From Salpingoeca rosetta (taxonomy: Eukaryota > Protista > Choanoflagellata): a stretch of 64,000 bases of DNA. Of this stretch, positions 16,429-40,419 are shown in pieces. A model generated the notes under the pieces. The model worked only from the letters and a program-made list of their open reading frames with translations, ran no database searches and was not told the DNA's origin. Numbering within the stretch: the first letter of the stretch is position 1; every line of letters starts with the position of its first letter. The stretch is from contig JAWQFM010000001.1 in the NCBI GenBank assembly GCA_033442325.1, positions 1,451,535-1,515,534 of the forward strand. The letters are read 5' to 3'. A program made the translations under genes and the position numbers.

Positions 16429-19400
16429 ACACACACACGCACACAGACATACGAACAGACAGACACATTCGCATACGCATGCACATTCCGCCCGCGCCCA
16501 TCACCATTTTTTTCAATTTTAACCTAATGGCTTTTCTCCCCATCCTTGTATCATGCAAACACAGGCATCACGATACGTGGTGATATGGGCGATGTGCGCG
16601 ATCGTGCTGAAAGACGCAGCACACATTCAGGACGCAAAGACCAAACTCGCGCTTGTGTTGCGGTCCATGCAGCGCTGTCTCAAGGAGAACAGCGAAGGAC
16701 AAGAGGACACGGCGTGCGCCCACACCATGCAAAAGCACGTGCGCCGATCCATGGTTCTGCGTACCATGGCGTCTCCTCTTGCACGCGCAAGGTTTGAGTG
16801 CACTGCAACCGGCCGCACAGGCCCACAGCCACCAGCACAGCAGCCGCAGCAGTGTGGATACGCACGTGGTATGGATCGCCTCCGCATGGAATTTGCCGCC
16901 AAATCCGCTCAGCAGCAGCGACAGCAGCAGCAACAGCAAGCACAACAGCACACGGAAGGCACAATGCAGCAGCAGTCACCAAACGCGGCATTACAACCGC
17001 AGAAGCACGAAGGCACTGTGCTCACTGCTGACGCGATCAATCCTGCTGCTCCTCAGGAGGCAAAGAACAAGATGAACAGCAACAGCAGTGACAGCAACAC
17101 TCTGCATCCCGAGCACTATCAGCACTATCGCTTCTGTACCCATTGCCAAGAGGTGGAGGGCAAGCCACTCTTCTTCCGCCTGCGTCACCAGCAGGATGTT
17201 GCCTGGTACATCCCAGAGCGATGCCTGGTGAAGCCACTTGTATCTGTGTGCGCGCGCCTCTTTGGCCGCTGTCTGCAAGAGCTCGGCCAGAGCGGCGAGG
17301 TATGTGCCTTCTCACGTGTGCGCGTGTGCTGTAAGGTGTATGCACGCTCTGTTGCGTGTGCGTGTGCGCGGTTACGTGTGCATGCGCCGTCACGTGTGTA
17401 CGTGTGTCCCAGCAGTCAGTTGCATGTGCGGGCGCACAATAAATCAAGTCACACACACCCTGCTTGTGTCTCACATTTCTTTGTCCTCTGCTTGCGCTTG
17501 CATGTGTGTTGCTTGTCCGTCTGTTCCAACCTTGTGGCGTGGTTTCACTGTTAACACCAGGGGTATGCCATGCAAGTGGTTGAGCGCCTCACCGCCAAGA
17601 GCCCGCCAAATCCAACGTTGCTGCTGTGCGGCAAGGATGACAGCGACCTTTCGTCAGGGTGCTTGATGTGGAGGCCAGCGAACATGGACCACTGGAATCA
17701 CGTATCTATGGAGGTGGCCATCGGAGAGACGATGAATCACGATTCCATGATGCGTCAAGTCAGCGACTCTGTGATGATGCAAGGTGAATTCGCAGTGGTT
17801 GCTGTACTTGTTTGATGACTGCACAACAACGCACCTTTGTTGATCTTGCCAGCTTCCGTGATGTGGCTTTTCTGTGCCTGCAATTCGATCTCGTGGCTCA
17901 CAACAACATCACACAAATCCGACTCCTCTTCATGCTGTTGTGTGATGTTACACCGCAGGTCTGCGTCTGCGAACACCAAAGCCGCGCCAGGGGACCCCCT
18001 TCCTGTCTGCGACACGCGTTGATTGGGAGATGGACCCTGCCGTCAAGCGACGCAGCGCGCACCTGCACCGCCCGCTCTCCATCATCTCACTTGCTGCTGA
18101 GGACAGGCCCTGGTGTTCGACACCACAGGCTGGGAGTGCAGCAACGGAGGCAGACCACGACAGGCCGCGCGGCCCCGCTTGGTTCGTCCAGGCGAAGAGC
18201 AAGGCAGCCGCAGCTGCAGCGGCGGCAGCAGAAGCAAGCTCACAGGTGCAAGCAGGCACTGGCGACACAGAGCAGACCGCGACAGCAGAAGGGGAGTGCC
18301 AGGCCGAGTCAGCCCAGCACCAGGGGAGCAACGAAGCCAACGGAGAGCGTGCTGTGCGCGAATGCGATCAGGCTGACGGCAGTGCTGGCGACACGGACGA
18401 GCAAGCGAGCAACCGATCCCCCACAACAAGTCAGCCTGATGATGCCGCGGCGACAACGGTGGCACAGCAGCGTCCACGCGCGCGCTCTGCACCAGCATCG
18501 CCATCAGATATCGACGGCGAGCAGAGGAGATCGCGTGCTTGCATGCAAGTGGCACGGAAGAGTCCAAGGCGTGCCTCGCTTTCGCCGTCAACCGAAGCTT
18601 CGCTCTCCTGCTCTCAGATTGGTAGCGACGGCAGACAGGCAATGTCTTCCGCAGCAACAGTGGCAGCACGGGGTCAAGGTGTGCGGCGAGTCTCATCGAC
18701 AGTTGGTAACGGCACCACATCAACATCATACACACGCGTGTGTTCCACGTCAGCACGCCGAGGCATCCACCTGAAGGGGCGTCGTGCCCGCCACAACCAT
18801 ATTCTCGTCCCGTCCATGCTGGTGATGGAGAAGGCGGATGAGCTGATGTCAGCCATCGCGGGCTCAAGCCCTTCGTCTTGCACGCGAGCGCGGCCAGCAC
18901 AGCAGCATGACAAGAAGCACCGCATGCACCAGCGCCCGCTGTCAACGTTTGTGTTGGACAAGGGCGGCCCAGTGTACGACACATACACGGGTGCTTGCGC
19001 GAGTAGCCAGGCAAGCAGCAGCAGCAGCACTGAGCAGAAACCGCGCCAGCACACAGAGACGGTCGCAGACAAGAAGCAAGAAGCAGGCCATAAGCAAGAG
19101 CACGCACACGCGGCAGCAGCACGCCCCCATCCGCTGCGTCAAATGCAAACTGCCCCAACCACTACCAAGATGTCTGCAGCAGCAACAGCCACAATGGCAG
19201 CAACTTCAGCGACGGTTGGAGCGAGTGAGTGGGAAATGCACGCACCAAAGAGCACACCACCCTCTTCGAGTGGCAGCGAAGGCGGTTCAGTTGAAGGAAC
19301 AGACAACAGCGATGATGTCAGGCTGAGGAGCCATCATCAGCTGCGCGGTGACAGAGGACGGGATGAGCCCATCTATGTCAGCATGCGCACCCGCCCGGAG

Positions 19401-19593
19401 AAAAGCGCCGCCAAAGAAAACGATGTGAGTGCGCTGGTGTGCGTTTGTTCATGTGTCATGAACACGCTGTGGGTAATATGCATGCGGGAGTGACTGTGTG
19501 GTTGTGCCAAACTGTGCTTGTGTGCAAACCCAAGTCGGTATATGGTCGCTGATTCTGCCCTCTTCCGCTCATCATGTGCACACTCACACGAAT

Positions 19594-19639
<46 letters not shown>

Positions 19640-21055
19640 AACAAACAAACAAACAAACAAACAACGCATTGTTAGGCACAGAGTCGGGCGCCATCACTGC
19701 GGACGGTGTGGCTGAGAGCCGTCTCCTTTCCGAAGGACGACCTTGATCTCAGTGAATATCTTGCTGCTGTTGATAATGGACAACACCTTCAACAACAACG
19801 CGCAACCCACCGGGATGAGCCACACGCAATGGTACGAAATGGCCAACACCACCACCAACAGCAGCAGCAGCAGCGACACTACCAGCAGCAGCAACAGCAA
19901 CAACAACAGCAACAGCAACAACAGCAACAGCAGCAGCAACAACAACAATCACGGCAGCAACAACAACAATCACGGCAGCAGAGCGCCAAGTCTGCGCAGG
20001 CACGTCGTCCTCCACCCCATGTGCAGGACAAAACAAGGAGCGAAATCCGCATGCAGCTGCGCCCGCGGTTCCACACGCTTCGTGGCCGAGCTCACATGCG
20101 CGTGAAGCGGTGTGCAAACCTGCCACCGATCCCTGAGGAGACAGAGGACGACATGGCGCGTGCTATGGCCATGAATCCGCCCATGCACTTCACCCAGCGC
20201 GGTGATGGAATGCAGAGTCCAAAGCACCGCCAGCTGTCACAGCAGCCGACCCGCCGCCACCCCATGCATCGCGTGGCAGCCCCTCGCCCATCGTCGTCCC
20301 TCAAGTATCAACAGGAGCCGCCAAAGTTCCATGCACGGAAGGTGCCTGCAGACGCAATTGCATCGAGGACAGGAGCAACGGCATCGCGTGGCTCAGCACC
20401 CCGCTCTCGTTCGCTGTACGTGCGGCCCGAGCAGCGTATTGCCACGCGTGAAGCCGTGAAGATGAACGAGGCAGCAAAGGCTGGCACTTCTTCCAGCTCA
20501 CGGCAGCCGCAGGTGCTAACATCGTACTTGCAGTCCCAGCAGAAGACAGGAAATGCGCGTGTGGGGCAAGTGAAAGAAATGAAACTGCGTTCAGCGTCGT
20601 CAGCACAACAACAGCAGCAGCAGCAGCAGCAACGCGCGCTCAATCAACGCCAACTGCATTATCGGAGGCAGCAGACAACGGCACCAACGATCCGCGGCCC
20701 GTCCACTTCGACAACGGCGCAAGGGTCACAGCCGCGGTGGCAACAGCTGCAGGCGTTACAGACTCGCGCGAGGGGCACAAACCGCGAGAAAGTTGTCGTG
20801 TTGAAGACTGTGGACGAGCAGACTGCGATGCAGACGGGCACCCGCCCGCGCACGTCGTCAACAACGACAACAGCTCACGGAAGGATGGTCGCCAAGCAAG
20901 CCACCAAGAACAGCGGCGACGGAAAGCGGGTGCGGCATGCACTTGGGGACGCATCGAACAAGCTGCCTGCAGGCAAGGGCACCACTGCCCCGACGAAGGC
21001 GTTTGCAGGACAGCAGCTGGGTGGGCTGAGACAGCAGCGGCGGACGGCTACTTGA
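14623..21055 (+). CDS. Large uncharacterised multi-exon protein: helical N-terminal region, long disordered Q/S/A-rich C-terminus with KEN and D-box-like motifs
   Basis: Long open frames 14623-15270, ~15582-15772, 16566-17299, ~18030-19424 and 19676-21055, with GT-AG junctions in compatible phase at several joins (e.g. AKEND|gtgagt ... gttag|AQSRAPSLRTVWLR). The junctions near 17780-18030 are unresolved, so this could be two genes. Confidence 0.6.
14809..14862 (+). repeat. Coding 12-bp tandem repeat CCAGTTGAYGTG, about 4.5 copies, encoding (PVDV)n
   Basis: Direct reading; in frame in the 14623 ORF. Confidence 0.9.
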
Positions 21056-21276
21056 GGTTTGCGTGTGCATGCACATGAGGGAGAAAGTGTTGAGGAAAGG
21101 ACAGGGGGAGGAGAGAGAGCGCAGTGATATCAACAGGAAACACGCTCGTGTCTGTGTGGTGGGATTGTACAGAAATGAGGAGGGTGAGCGGCAGGGTGAA
21201 TGAGGCACCTGTCGTCGTTTAGAGTCGGGGGCGACGGTGTTTATGGAGCGATGGTGGTGAGGTGGGGGGGGGTGAG

Positions 21277-21307
<31 letters not shown>

Positions 21308-21582
21308 GTAAGCATGCACGAGGGATGAAAGTTTGTGTGGAATGCGGATGCTGTGTGCTTGCTTTCTTGGTATTGATTGATTGATTGAGTCTGTATTGGG
21401 GGTGAGCTGGTGGTGTTTGGTTTATGCTGCATTTTGATTGGTGCCGCCTATGTGAAAGCGCAAAGGGAATTGCAATTTGAGGCATGATTCATGCAATACA
21501 ACAAACAAAACAGCACACCAAGGCACGTACCCATGTTCATGTACGCATGTGTATGAACACACACTCGGGGGTGCGGTGTGTA

Positions 21583-21643
<61 letters not shown>

Positions 21644-21892
21644 TGCAGCCTGCATGTTGTAACACAGTGCACCCTGGTAACAAGTCAGCTTTGAATTGCC
21701 AGTTGGCGCGAAGGTAACAAACAACACAGGTCATAGGGAAGGAAGAGAATGGACAAGAGCTGTTGAAATGTCAAAGAAGAGCGACTATGCGTGCGTGTGT
21801 GTGTACATGTTGGAGAATGAAAACACGTGGATAGTATGGACAGCGATCACTAGCGAATGCACGTTGGTTGTCATGCTACAGCAAAACATGGG

Positions 21893-22468
21893 CTAGTTTT
21901 GATTCGAGGGCGCATTGTGAAAGCCAAGACGGTGAAAATCCTTGAATGCGACGTTGCACTTGACAATGACGTGACCATGTGATCGCACACGCACAACTGC
22001 AATGATGACGGTCGTGTGTGTGCGTGTGTACGTGCGTGCGTGTGTGTGCGTGTGCGTGTGCGTGCGTGTGCGTGTGTGTGTATGTGTATGTGAGGATACA
22101 GAGGTGTTGAGACAAAGATGTGTGGAGATGCGAATTTGCGATGGCAGAGCAGCAGACGAAGGCTGCACACGATACCCTACCTTCTCTTCCTTCGCCCGCT
22201 GCGACAAACGTTGATTCATAGAACTCTGGCCTCTGTCCCAGGAACCACCTTCACACAAGGAGGAAGAGAGACAGTATGTGTGTGTTTATGTGTGTGTGTG
22301 TGAACATGGGTCGTTGGTGAGCGAGGGCTCTTGAGAAGCGAGAGCAGACGGGCATACAGAGAGAGGGGTAGAAACACGCATTCGCACAGACACACACAGA
22401 CACACAGACACACACGCACACACACACACACACGCACACAGACACACACAGACACACACAGACACACA

Positions 22469-22510
<42 letters not shown>

Positions 22511-23044
22511 GACACACAAACGCGCAGACACCTTTCAGACACACACGCACAGACACAGATCAGACACACACGCACAAACACGATGCCAGCATACCCGAGA
22601 ATGTGCTGTAATCTTGTTGTCGGGCGTGGGGCGAAGGTTGGAATCTTGAGTGTGTGGTGGCCAGCTGTGACCGGCAGGTGACACGTGCCGTACCCGCGAA
22701 CAATGTCCCGCCCAAACATGTCGAGTCCATACACAGCCACAACAATCTGTGGCCCTGGTCACAAACAGAACGCGGATTGTGTGTGGCGACAGCGGCGTGA
22801 ACCTTCGAGGCAGAGGACACACGGCAAACATGTTCAGTTTGCACGACAGCGTTACAGCATGACGGCTGTTGCGCTGTACTCCACTCCATGGTTCCTCGCT
22901 TCGGGGTGACTTACATCCTCTTGGCAGTTGGCTCTTGAGAGTGATGTCGATGGGAAAGTTCCACACAAACTCCCCAGGGTGATGCGAGCTGCGCGAAGCA
23001 ATCTGTGACACGCCTTCCTCAATGCCCTGCACATGTATGTGTAT

Positions 23045-23133
<89 letters not shown>

Positions 23134-23564
23134 CAAGTTAAGTGAGTCGAGCGGAGAACACATGCTGTGGCTGCTTTCATACAGTGAACGGCTGTTGGCA
23201 ACAAACACAAACACGCACCGCTGTAGCTGTCCAATGATCGCCAAATACGATGGTGTACTTGCAGTACAGGTTGTTGTAAGTTGGAAACTGCAAGCCGCAT
23301 GTGTGCGTATGTGTGCGGGGTGGTGGGAGTGAGGGGGGGGGAGGATAGCGGCATGCTCGATGCAGAAGGGTGCAAACAGACTGGGCGTCGGTCCAACATG
23401 CAAGTAGCTACTATCACGCATACACACACACACACACACACACACATACAACACATACACACATACACACACACACATACACATACATACATGTGGCTTA
23501 CGTGACCACACTCAACGGCGCCTGTGACGAGCATGTGAAATACACCCGCCTCTCCGTCCGCCAT
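21893..23564 (-). CDS. B9D1: B9 domain-containing protein 1 (MKS transition-zone module)
   Basis: [100 protein letters not shown]. Colinear with the recalled B9D1 sequence. Confidence 0.93.
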
Positions 23565-23835
23565 GCTGGCTAGCGACGAGTGGAACAGCAGCGATGCGTG
23601 CAAGAGAAGCGAGCACAGCGGGCACACAGTGCGAGGAGTGAAGCGAGCACAGCAGCAGGAGAGAAGTCTGTGTAACGGTGCGCTTGTTGCTTCGCGTTGT
23701 TGTTTTTGTTGTGTTGTTGTTGTGGGAGGAGGAGAATAAAACAGCTTGTGGAAGGAGAGGAGGACACATCCACCCATCCATCCATCCATCCACAGCCAGT
23801 CGAGCATTGGAGCTGGTGCTGACGCAGGCGAGACG

Positions 23836-31500
<7,665 letters not shown>

Positions 31501-31949
31501 CGAGAGAGTGGGGAGAGGGGGGGGGAGAGAGAGAGAGAGACAGAGAGAGAGAGACAGAGACAGAGAGAGAGAGACAGACAGACAGAGACAGACAGACAGA
31601 GAGGGAGGGAGGGAGGGAGGGAGAGTGTGTGTGTGTTTGTGGGAAGCTCGCAAGCACATTCTAGTAATGGTGTACGATTCGCCGCACACACACACACGTA
31701 CACATGCCTGCACACATGGGTTGTTACAGGCCTTTTATGTCCACGAAGTGTGTTTGCCTGCACTGTCTGAATAGCAGATCAGTGCTCGATTAAACAACCA
31801 CAGCAGCGTTTGAGCAGAGGGAGAAAGAAAGCTGTACAGGGCAGGAAGAACGGAAGAAATGAAAGCAAGCAGTGGGTCCAGCAGCACAGAAAGATGAACA
31901 AACATGACAACGCGACGCAAATACGCTCACCACCATAACGCAGACATCA

Positions 31950-32882
31950 TTATGATGACGAGGAGGCGGAGGAGGAGGGATCTTTGGCGATTTCACGAAT
32001 GAACTTCTCCATTTCCTTGCGAATGACGTGTTGCTTCTCCTGCTCCGATGCGCGAGGGTTTGCCTTGATGTACTCTGCAATCCTGGCAATTGTCTCCGCC
32101 TTGCATAAAACACAACACATCATCGGAGTTGCGCAGTGAGCCAGGGCGATGTGATCGCGGAGCAGTCACGGAGCAGAAGGGACAGGAAGGAGGCCAGGCA
32201 TGGCTGCACAGTAGAGGTGCATGCAGGGTGCGACACAACAACCGTACACGCAGCAACGCACAAGCAAGGTACGGAGGCGATATGTCACGCGCAACGTTGA
32301 GTAGACACACATGAATACACACACACACACACAATGCACACACACATGAATCCACACACACAACCACATGAATCCACACACACACACACACATGAATTCA
32401 CACAAACGCACACAAACGCTCAAATACACGCAAGAACATGAATAGAGAGTCAATAAGGTCAGCGATCGCACCCGCTTGACGTCGGCAAGCTTGGTGCGCT
32501 TGGACTTCATGCCACCCACGTAGGATGCCACGCTTGCAAAAGCCCTGTTCTTGAGCCATTTCTCCGAAAGCACCTGTGGTGTGCTTCCTTGCTTCAGCGA
32601 CGAGCCCCAATACGCCACCTATTCCCACAAGGTGCGTAGACTCGCCATTAGTGCGCAGTGGCACGGTTGCAACGGCAGACACCAACACACACACACACAC
32701 AACAAATGTGGAATTCGCCTCCCCCCAAAACATACGCACACAGACACACACAGACACACAGACACACACCCCCTTCCCTGGCCCAAAGAGATGAAACGGA
32801 CCTGGTCCAGCGTGTGCGCAGCCTTGTCATCGACGACAAAGTAGGCAAGGTTGGCCAACGCCTGCGCTTGCTGTCCCTCCAT
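31950..32882 (-). CDS. Small hypothetical protein, about 125 aa, 3 exons
   Basis: MEGQQAQALANLAYFVVDDKAAHTLDQ|VAYWGSSLKQG...KRTKLADVKR|AETIARIAEYIKANPRASEQEKQHVIRKEMEKFIREIAKDPSSSSASSS*. In-frame GT-AG joins and coding-like codon use. Confidence 0.72.
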
Positions 32883-33136
32883 GATCGCTTGTTCGAGGTG
32901 CGGTTTGCGGTTTGGATGTTGACTGTTGTTGTTGTTGGCTGAGAAAGCAACAAGTGCAAGCCAAGTTCTGATGCTTTGTGAATGATTTCAAGCAACTTTC
33001 AGCACGACAAATGCTGCTCCTCCCACCACCGCCGCTGCTGTCGCTTGCTTTTCGCCTTGTTCTTCTTGTTGTTGGTTCGAGTTGCGTGTTGTGTTGTTGT
33101 GAGCAGGACCAGGAGTGGTGCGACGCACTCGCCGTC

Positions 33137-33689
33137 ATGAGTGAGGGAAAGCCAAAGGGACCCGTGAAGGGGTCTGAGGATATCATGAAGCCCAAGGCGT
33201 TTGGAACCTGCCCCAACCCCGTGCAGGAGCCGCTCAAATGGAACTGCAACCCGGAGCTGGCCAACAAGATCTGCGCGCACAACCGCCATTTTGCAGAGCA
33301 CGCCGGCTACTTCCAGGAGACGGGCTTCCTCAAGGAGGTGGACCGTACCAAGCCCACCACTTACTACGACCCAATCACCAACAAGCCGTTGTTCGTTGCG
33401 CCCGTTGGCCGCACCTTTGAGGAGTTTGAGAAGGAGTCCAAGAGCCACGGGTGGCCGTCGTTTCGGGACGATGAAGTGGACTGGGGGAACGTCCGCGTCC
33501 TGCCAGATGGCGAGGTCGTCTCCACCGCCGGCACGCACCTCGGTATGTCCTTACATGGCAAAGATCAAAAGCTGCATGCGTGTTGTGTGTTTTGTGTGTT
33601 GTGTTTTGTGTGTGTGTTGTTTTGTGTGTGTGTTTGTTGTTGTTGTGTTTAGTGTGTGTGTGTGTGTTGTGTTTTGTGTGTGTGTGGTG

Positions 33690-33750
<61 letters not shown>

Positions 33751-34011
33751 GAGGCCGTCAATGGTGGATGGCACAACATCTTTTGTTGCCAGCGACCACA
33801 GCACTGCTTCCACCCACCCCGTCGCTTTCTTCCTTGTTTCTCAACTCCGCCCCTCCTCATTGTACTCCCTTCCCTCCTGTCCGTCCTGTTCGTTTGCACC
33901 TCATGTTCAGGCCACAATTTGCCTGACCGCAAGGGCAACCGCTACTGCATTAACCTCGTCTGTGTTGCCGGTCGCGGGCCGAGTGAGGACGGTGCTGCCC
34001 CTTCCAGCTAA
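33137..34011 (+). CDS. MsrB/SelR-like methionine-R-sulfoxide reductase family protein, 2 exons (possible upstream start at 33011)
   Basis: YYDPITNKPLF, ESKSHGWPSF, GTHLG|HNLPDRKGNRYCINLVCVAG. These correspond to the MsrB GWPSF, HLGH and RYCIN motifs. Confidence 0.82.
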
Positions 34012-34434
34012 TGGCCCTGCTCGCTGTTGCTGTTGCTGCTGCAAATATGCCGTGTTGACATCTGTTGGCCTGTGGTTGCTTTCTTTGCTGCATGTTTGTT
34101 TGTGTGACTGCCCTTGTTATTCTGTGCTGCATGCATGCGTGTGTGGGTATGCGTCGGGATGTCACGTACACGTGTCGTGTTGCGACTTGGATATGACTTG
34201 TGTCATGCGATAGTTTGCAAACACCGCCGCCGCCACCACGAAGGGGTTCCACCATTCCCACGACTGTTGTTGACATGTCGCTCTGCACCCATTCGTTGTT
34301 GCTTGTTACGTTACATTTCCATGGTCACTCAGGCTGCAATTACAACTCGGCACATTCACACAACCAAACTGGCGAGACTGTGCACAGCGTAGGCGTGCGC
34401 GCGCGCGCGCGTGTGTGTGTAATGTGTGTGTGTG

Positions 34435-34516
<82 letters not shown>

Positions 34517-34635
34517 CGTGTTATGAACAAGGAAGAGAGAAAGGACAAGGGAAAAGGAAAGAGGGGAGGAAGAGGAAAAGAGAGAAAAAAAAAAAAAAAG
34601 AAGAAGGCCGGCCGGAAGTCGGTGGAATCGTTTCT

Positions 34636-36770
<2,135 letters not shown>

Positions 36771-36833
36771 CGTCGTCGCTTGCTGTTGGCGTTCTTGGCG
36801 ATTGGTGAATGTTACAACCAATTTTCTACATTC

Positions 36834-36956
<123 letters not shown>

Positions 36957-37095
36957 CTCTTCTGGTGAACAGACTCACGGGCTTGCAAAAAACGATGGCA
37001 GGTGTGTACTGTAACGTGTTACGACACTGCATGTGGTGCGGGCGTGTGCGCGTGTGTACATGAAAGCAGAACAAAGAGGCGTGTGGAAGGTTCGT

Positions 37096-40000
37096 TCAAG
37101 ACGCATGCTGGGACAGCGTCGCCTTCAGCTCCTTCAAGAGATCCTGTGATGGCAGATGCGCCGAATACAGCTGAAGGGCATCATTCACCTTAATGTGTGT
37201 GTGCGTGGTTGAACAAGCGTGAGCAATGGAAAGGTACACTCAGGAGCGGGAACACAAACAGTACACGTCGACCATGCACGGCCCACAACACACAGCAAAA
37301 CCACACATCACACGCACCACGCAACGCACGCACCACGCAACACATTACACAATACACATTACACAACGCGCACAGTCCAAACACAGCGCGGCGGTGCGCA
37401 CGATACCTGCTTGTATGCTTGCTGGAGGTCGCCTGCCTCGAGAGACATGAGGGCATAGTTGTAGTGGGGCTCGTGGATGTGTGGCGACACCTTGATTGCC
37501 GTCTGGTAGTGGCCCCGCGCATCGCCGCTGTTGCCCTTGCGTTGCTCTGTGGCACAGAGAGAGGGGAGGAGGGACGGAAAGAGAGTGTGTGGGTGTTTGT
37601 GTGTGAGAGAGAGAGAGTGTGTGTGTGTGGGCGTTTGTGTGAGAGTGTCTTTGTGTGCGTGTGTGCTTGTGTGTGTGCGCGCGCGTTTCTTTGTGTGCGT
37701 GTGTGCGTGTGTGCTTGTGAGTGAGTGTGTGTGTGTGTGTGAGTGTGAGTGTGTGTGAGAGAGAACAAGCATTAGCTAGAGAGGAGCGTGTAAAGAAAAA
37801 AATACCAATGACGCCGAGGTTGTTGTATGCCTCTCCATTGGTGCTGTCGCACGTCACTGCGAGCACAAGCGCCTGCACGCAAGCGTGTGTAACGTCAGTA
37901 CTTGCGACACAAGTGGATATGAGACAAAACAGGACAGACTTGCCTGACATGCACACGTACAGATACAAACACAGACACAGACACAGACACAGACACAGAC
38001 ACAGACACAGGCACAGACACAGACACTCACGCACACGCACAGCATGCAAAACCACCTCCCTCTCCCACCCCCCTGCCCTACACGAGGGCGTGTGGGCTGA
38101 CCTCGCGAGCAAGCTTGACGTTTCCGAGCGACATGCCAACAAAGGCGATGTTGTACCAGATGTCGGACATGGCCTCGTCGTCAGCCATCGACAGCGCCCG
38201 CTCAAAGCATCCGAGCGCCATGTCGTACTGGTGGTCATGGTGTCGGTGGTCAGCGTGATGGCGGTGGTGGTCATTGGCGGTGGTCAGCGTGATGGCGGCG
38301 GCGGTGGTCATGGTGGCGGTGGTGGGGGACGCGTGGAGAGTGGATGAGTCAATGAACTTTTGGAAGAAGCGATCCCTCTATCAAGTCACAAACACACGCG
38401 TGCACACATGCACACACAAACACACATGCACACACATGCAGGTGTGCGTACTGTACCTGCTGTGCTTGGAAGCATGAGAGGCCCAAGTTGTTGAAGAGCT
38501 CTGCACTCTCCACGCCCATCTGCAGCAAGCGCCTGCAACATGCAGCCAGCATGGGCAATCGCGCAGGTTTTCAACAAAGCAAGAGGGCGTGAGTGGCACA
38601 TATACACACGTGATTGAGAACCACAAGCAATTGCAACGCGCACACACGCACACACACGCAAGCACGCACAAGGTTCATATGTGAGGGGATGTGACCTGTA
38701 GAAGACGAGGGCAATCTCGGGCTGGTCGCCGTAAAACTTGTCTGCCGCCAGCGACGCAATCGCCTCCACATTCGTGCTGGCGGTGATGATGATATTGATG
38801 GTGGGCGAGGGAGGGACAACGAAGGCAGCTGCGCATGAAGAATCGCATCGCCACACACACACACACATGCATACACACACATGCATACACACAAACAAGC
38901 ACACACACACAAACATACATACATACATTCATACACACACATACATACATACATACATACATACATACATACATACATACATACATACATACATACATAC
39001 ATACATACATACATACATTCATACACACACACACACATACATACATACATACATACATACATACATACATACATACATACATACATACATACATACATAC
39101 ATACATACATACACACATACATACATACATACATACATACATACATACATACATACATACATACATACAAGCGCGCGCAAGATTAAGGCGTTGTCACGGA
39201 CCTGTCCACCTTGAGAAGTTTCTTGTACTCCTCCACGGATTTCGTCAGGTCGCCAATGCCCTCAAACACGCGAGCGATGCCTGCAAGCAAGACTGGCTCG
39301 TCGGGAAACTTCTCAAGGCCCTCGCGGTAGCACTGAATTGCGTTCTGCGGCTGGTCCATGCGGATGTAGACCTTGGCCAGAAGCATGCAGGCAAGGATGC
39401 TTGGCGTCTGCTTGAAGCTTGACTTGAGCTGCTTCTCCGCATCACGAAACAGATTCAGGCGGTGGTAGCAGAACCCGAGGATCGCTGGTGGTGGTGTCAG
39501 TGGTGGTGTTGGTGGTGGTGTTGGTGGTGGTGTCAGTGGTGGTGAGATGGCGAAGGTGGCAATCGGTTCAGGGGAGCGGCACATAGATATGCGTACACGT
39601 AAGCACAATCACATTCATGCATGCGCTCGCAAACCCCCTCAACACATCATCAACACAAACTCATGGCAACATAATAACACACACGCACACACACTCACAC
39701 ACACACACTCTCTCTCTCACTCTCTCTCTCTCTCAACACCGCACCCAAAACTGACCTTTCCACCACCAGTCCTGGAAGCGCGCTGCCTCTGTTGCGTAGG
39801 CGGCGAGTTCCATCGCTTTGCCCGTGTCGTTGAGCACGTGCAGAATGTACAGCACCAGCGCACGCGCCAACCCCCGCCGGAACGCATACTTGCGGAGATC
39901 AAGCTTGCTCACGTCAATGAATGTACCGTCATCGCCGCTCAGCATGCTCGCCTGCACACACGCACGCATGATGCATCAGCAGACAATCAGAAGAGGAGCG

Positions 40001-40350
40001 TGTCAGCGACACGCATACACAACCCACGTCACATGCTCGTTGCGTCACATACGCACGCGATGAAAAATCATGTAGGGAAGCATGCAAAAACACACACAGA
40101 CACATGCAAATACGGAGGTGCACACACACGCGCGCGCGCATGTACACGCGCACACGGATGTATGGTCACGCACGGTTCCGAGGCGAACGTAGCGGCCGGA
40201 AGCGCTTGTGACGGGACGGGAGGTTGCACTGCGCGCGGTTCGCACGGCGGCCTCCATCGTCGATGGGCGGGCGCCCTGGGTCCCTGGCCGCGCAAACCCG
40301 CTCACAGGCCGCCCAGACTTGGACATGGGCCTGCACAATACACGCGCACA

Positions 40351-40419
<69 letters not shown>

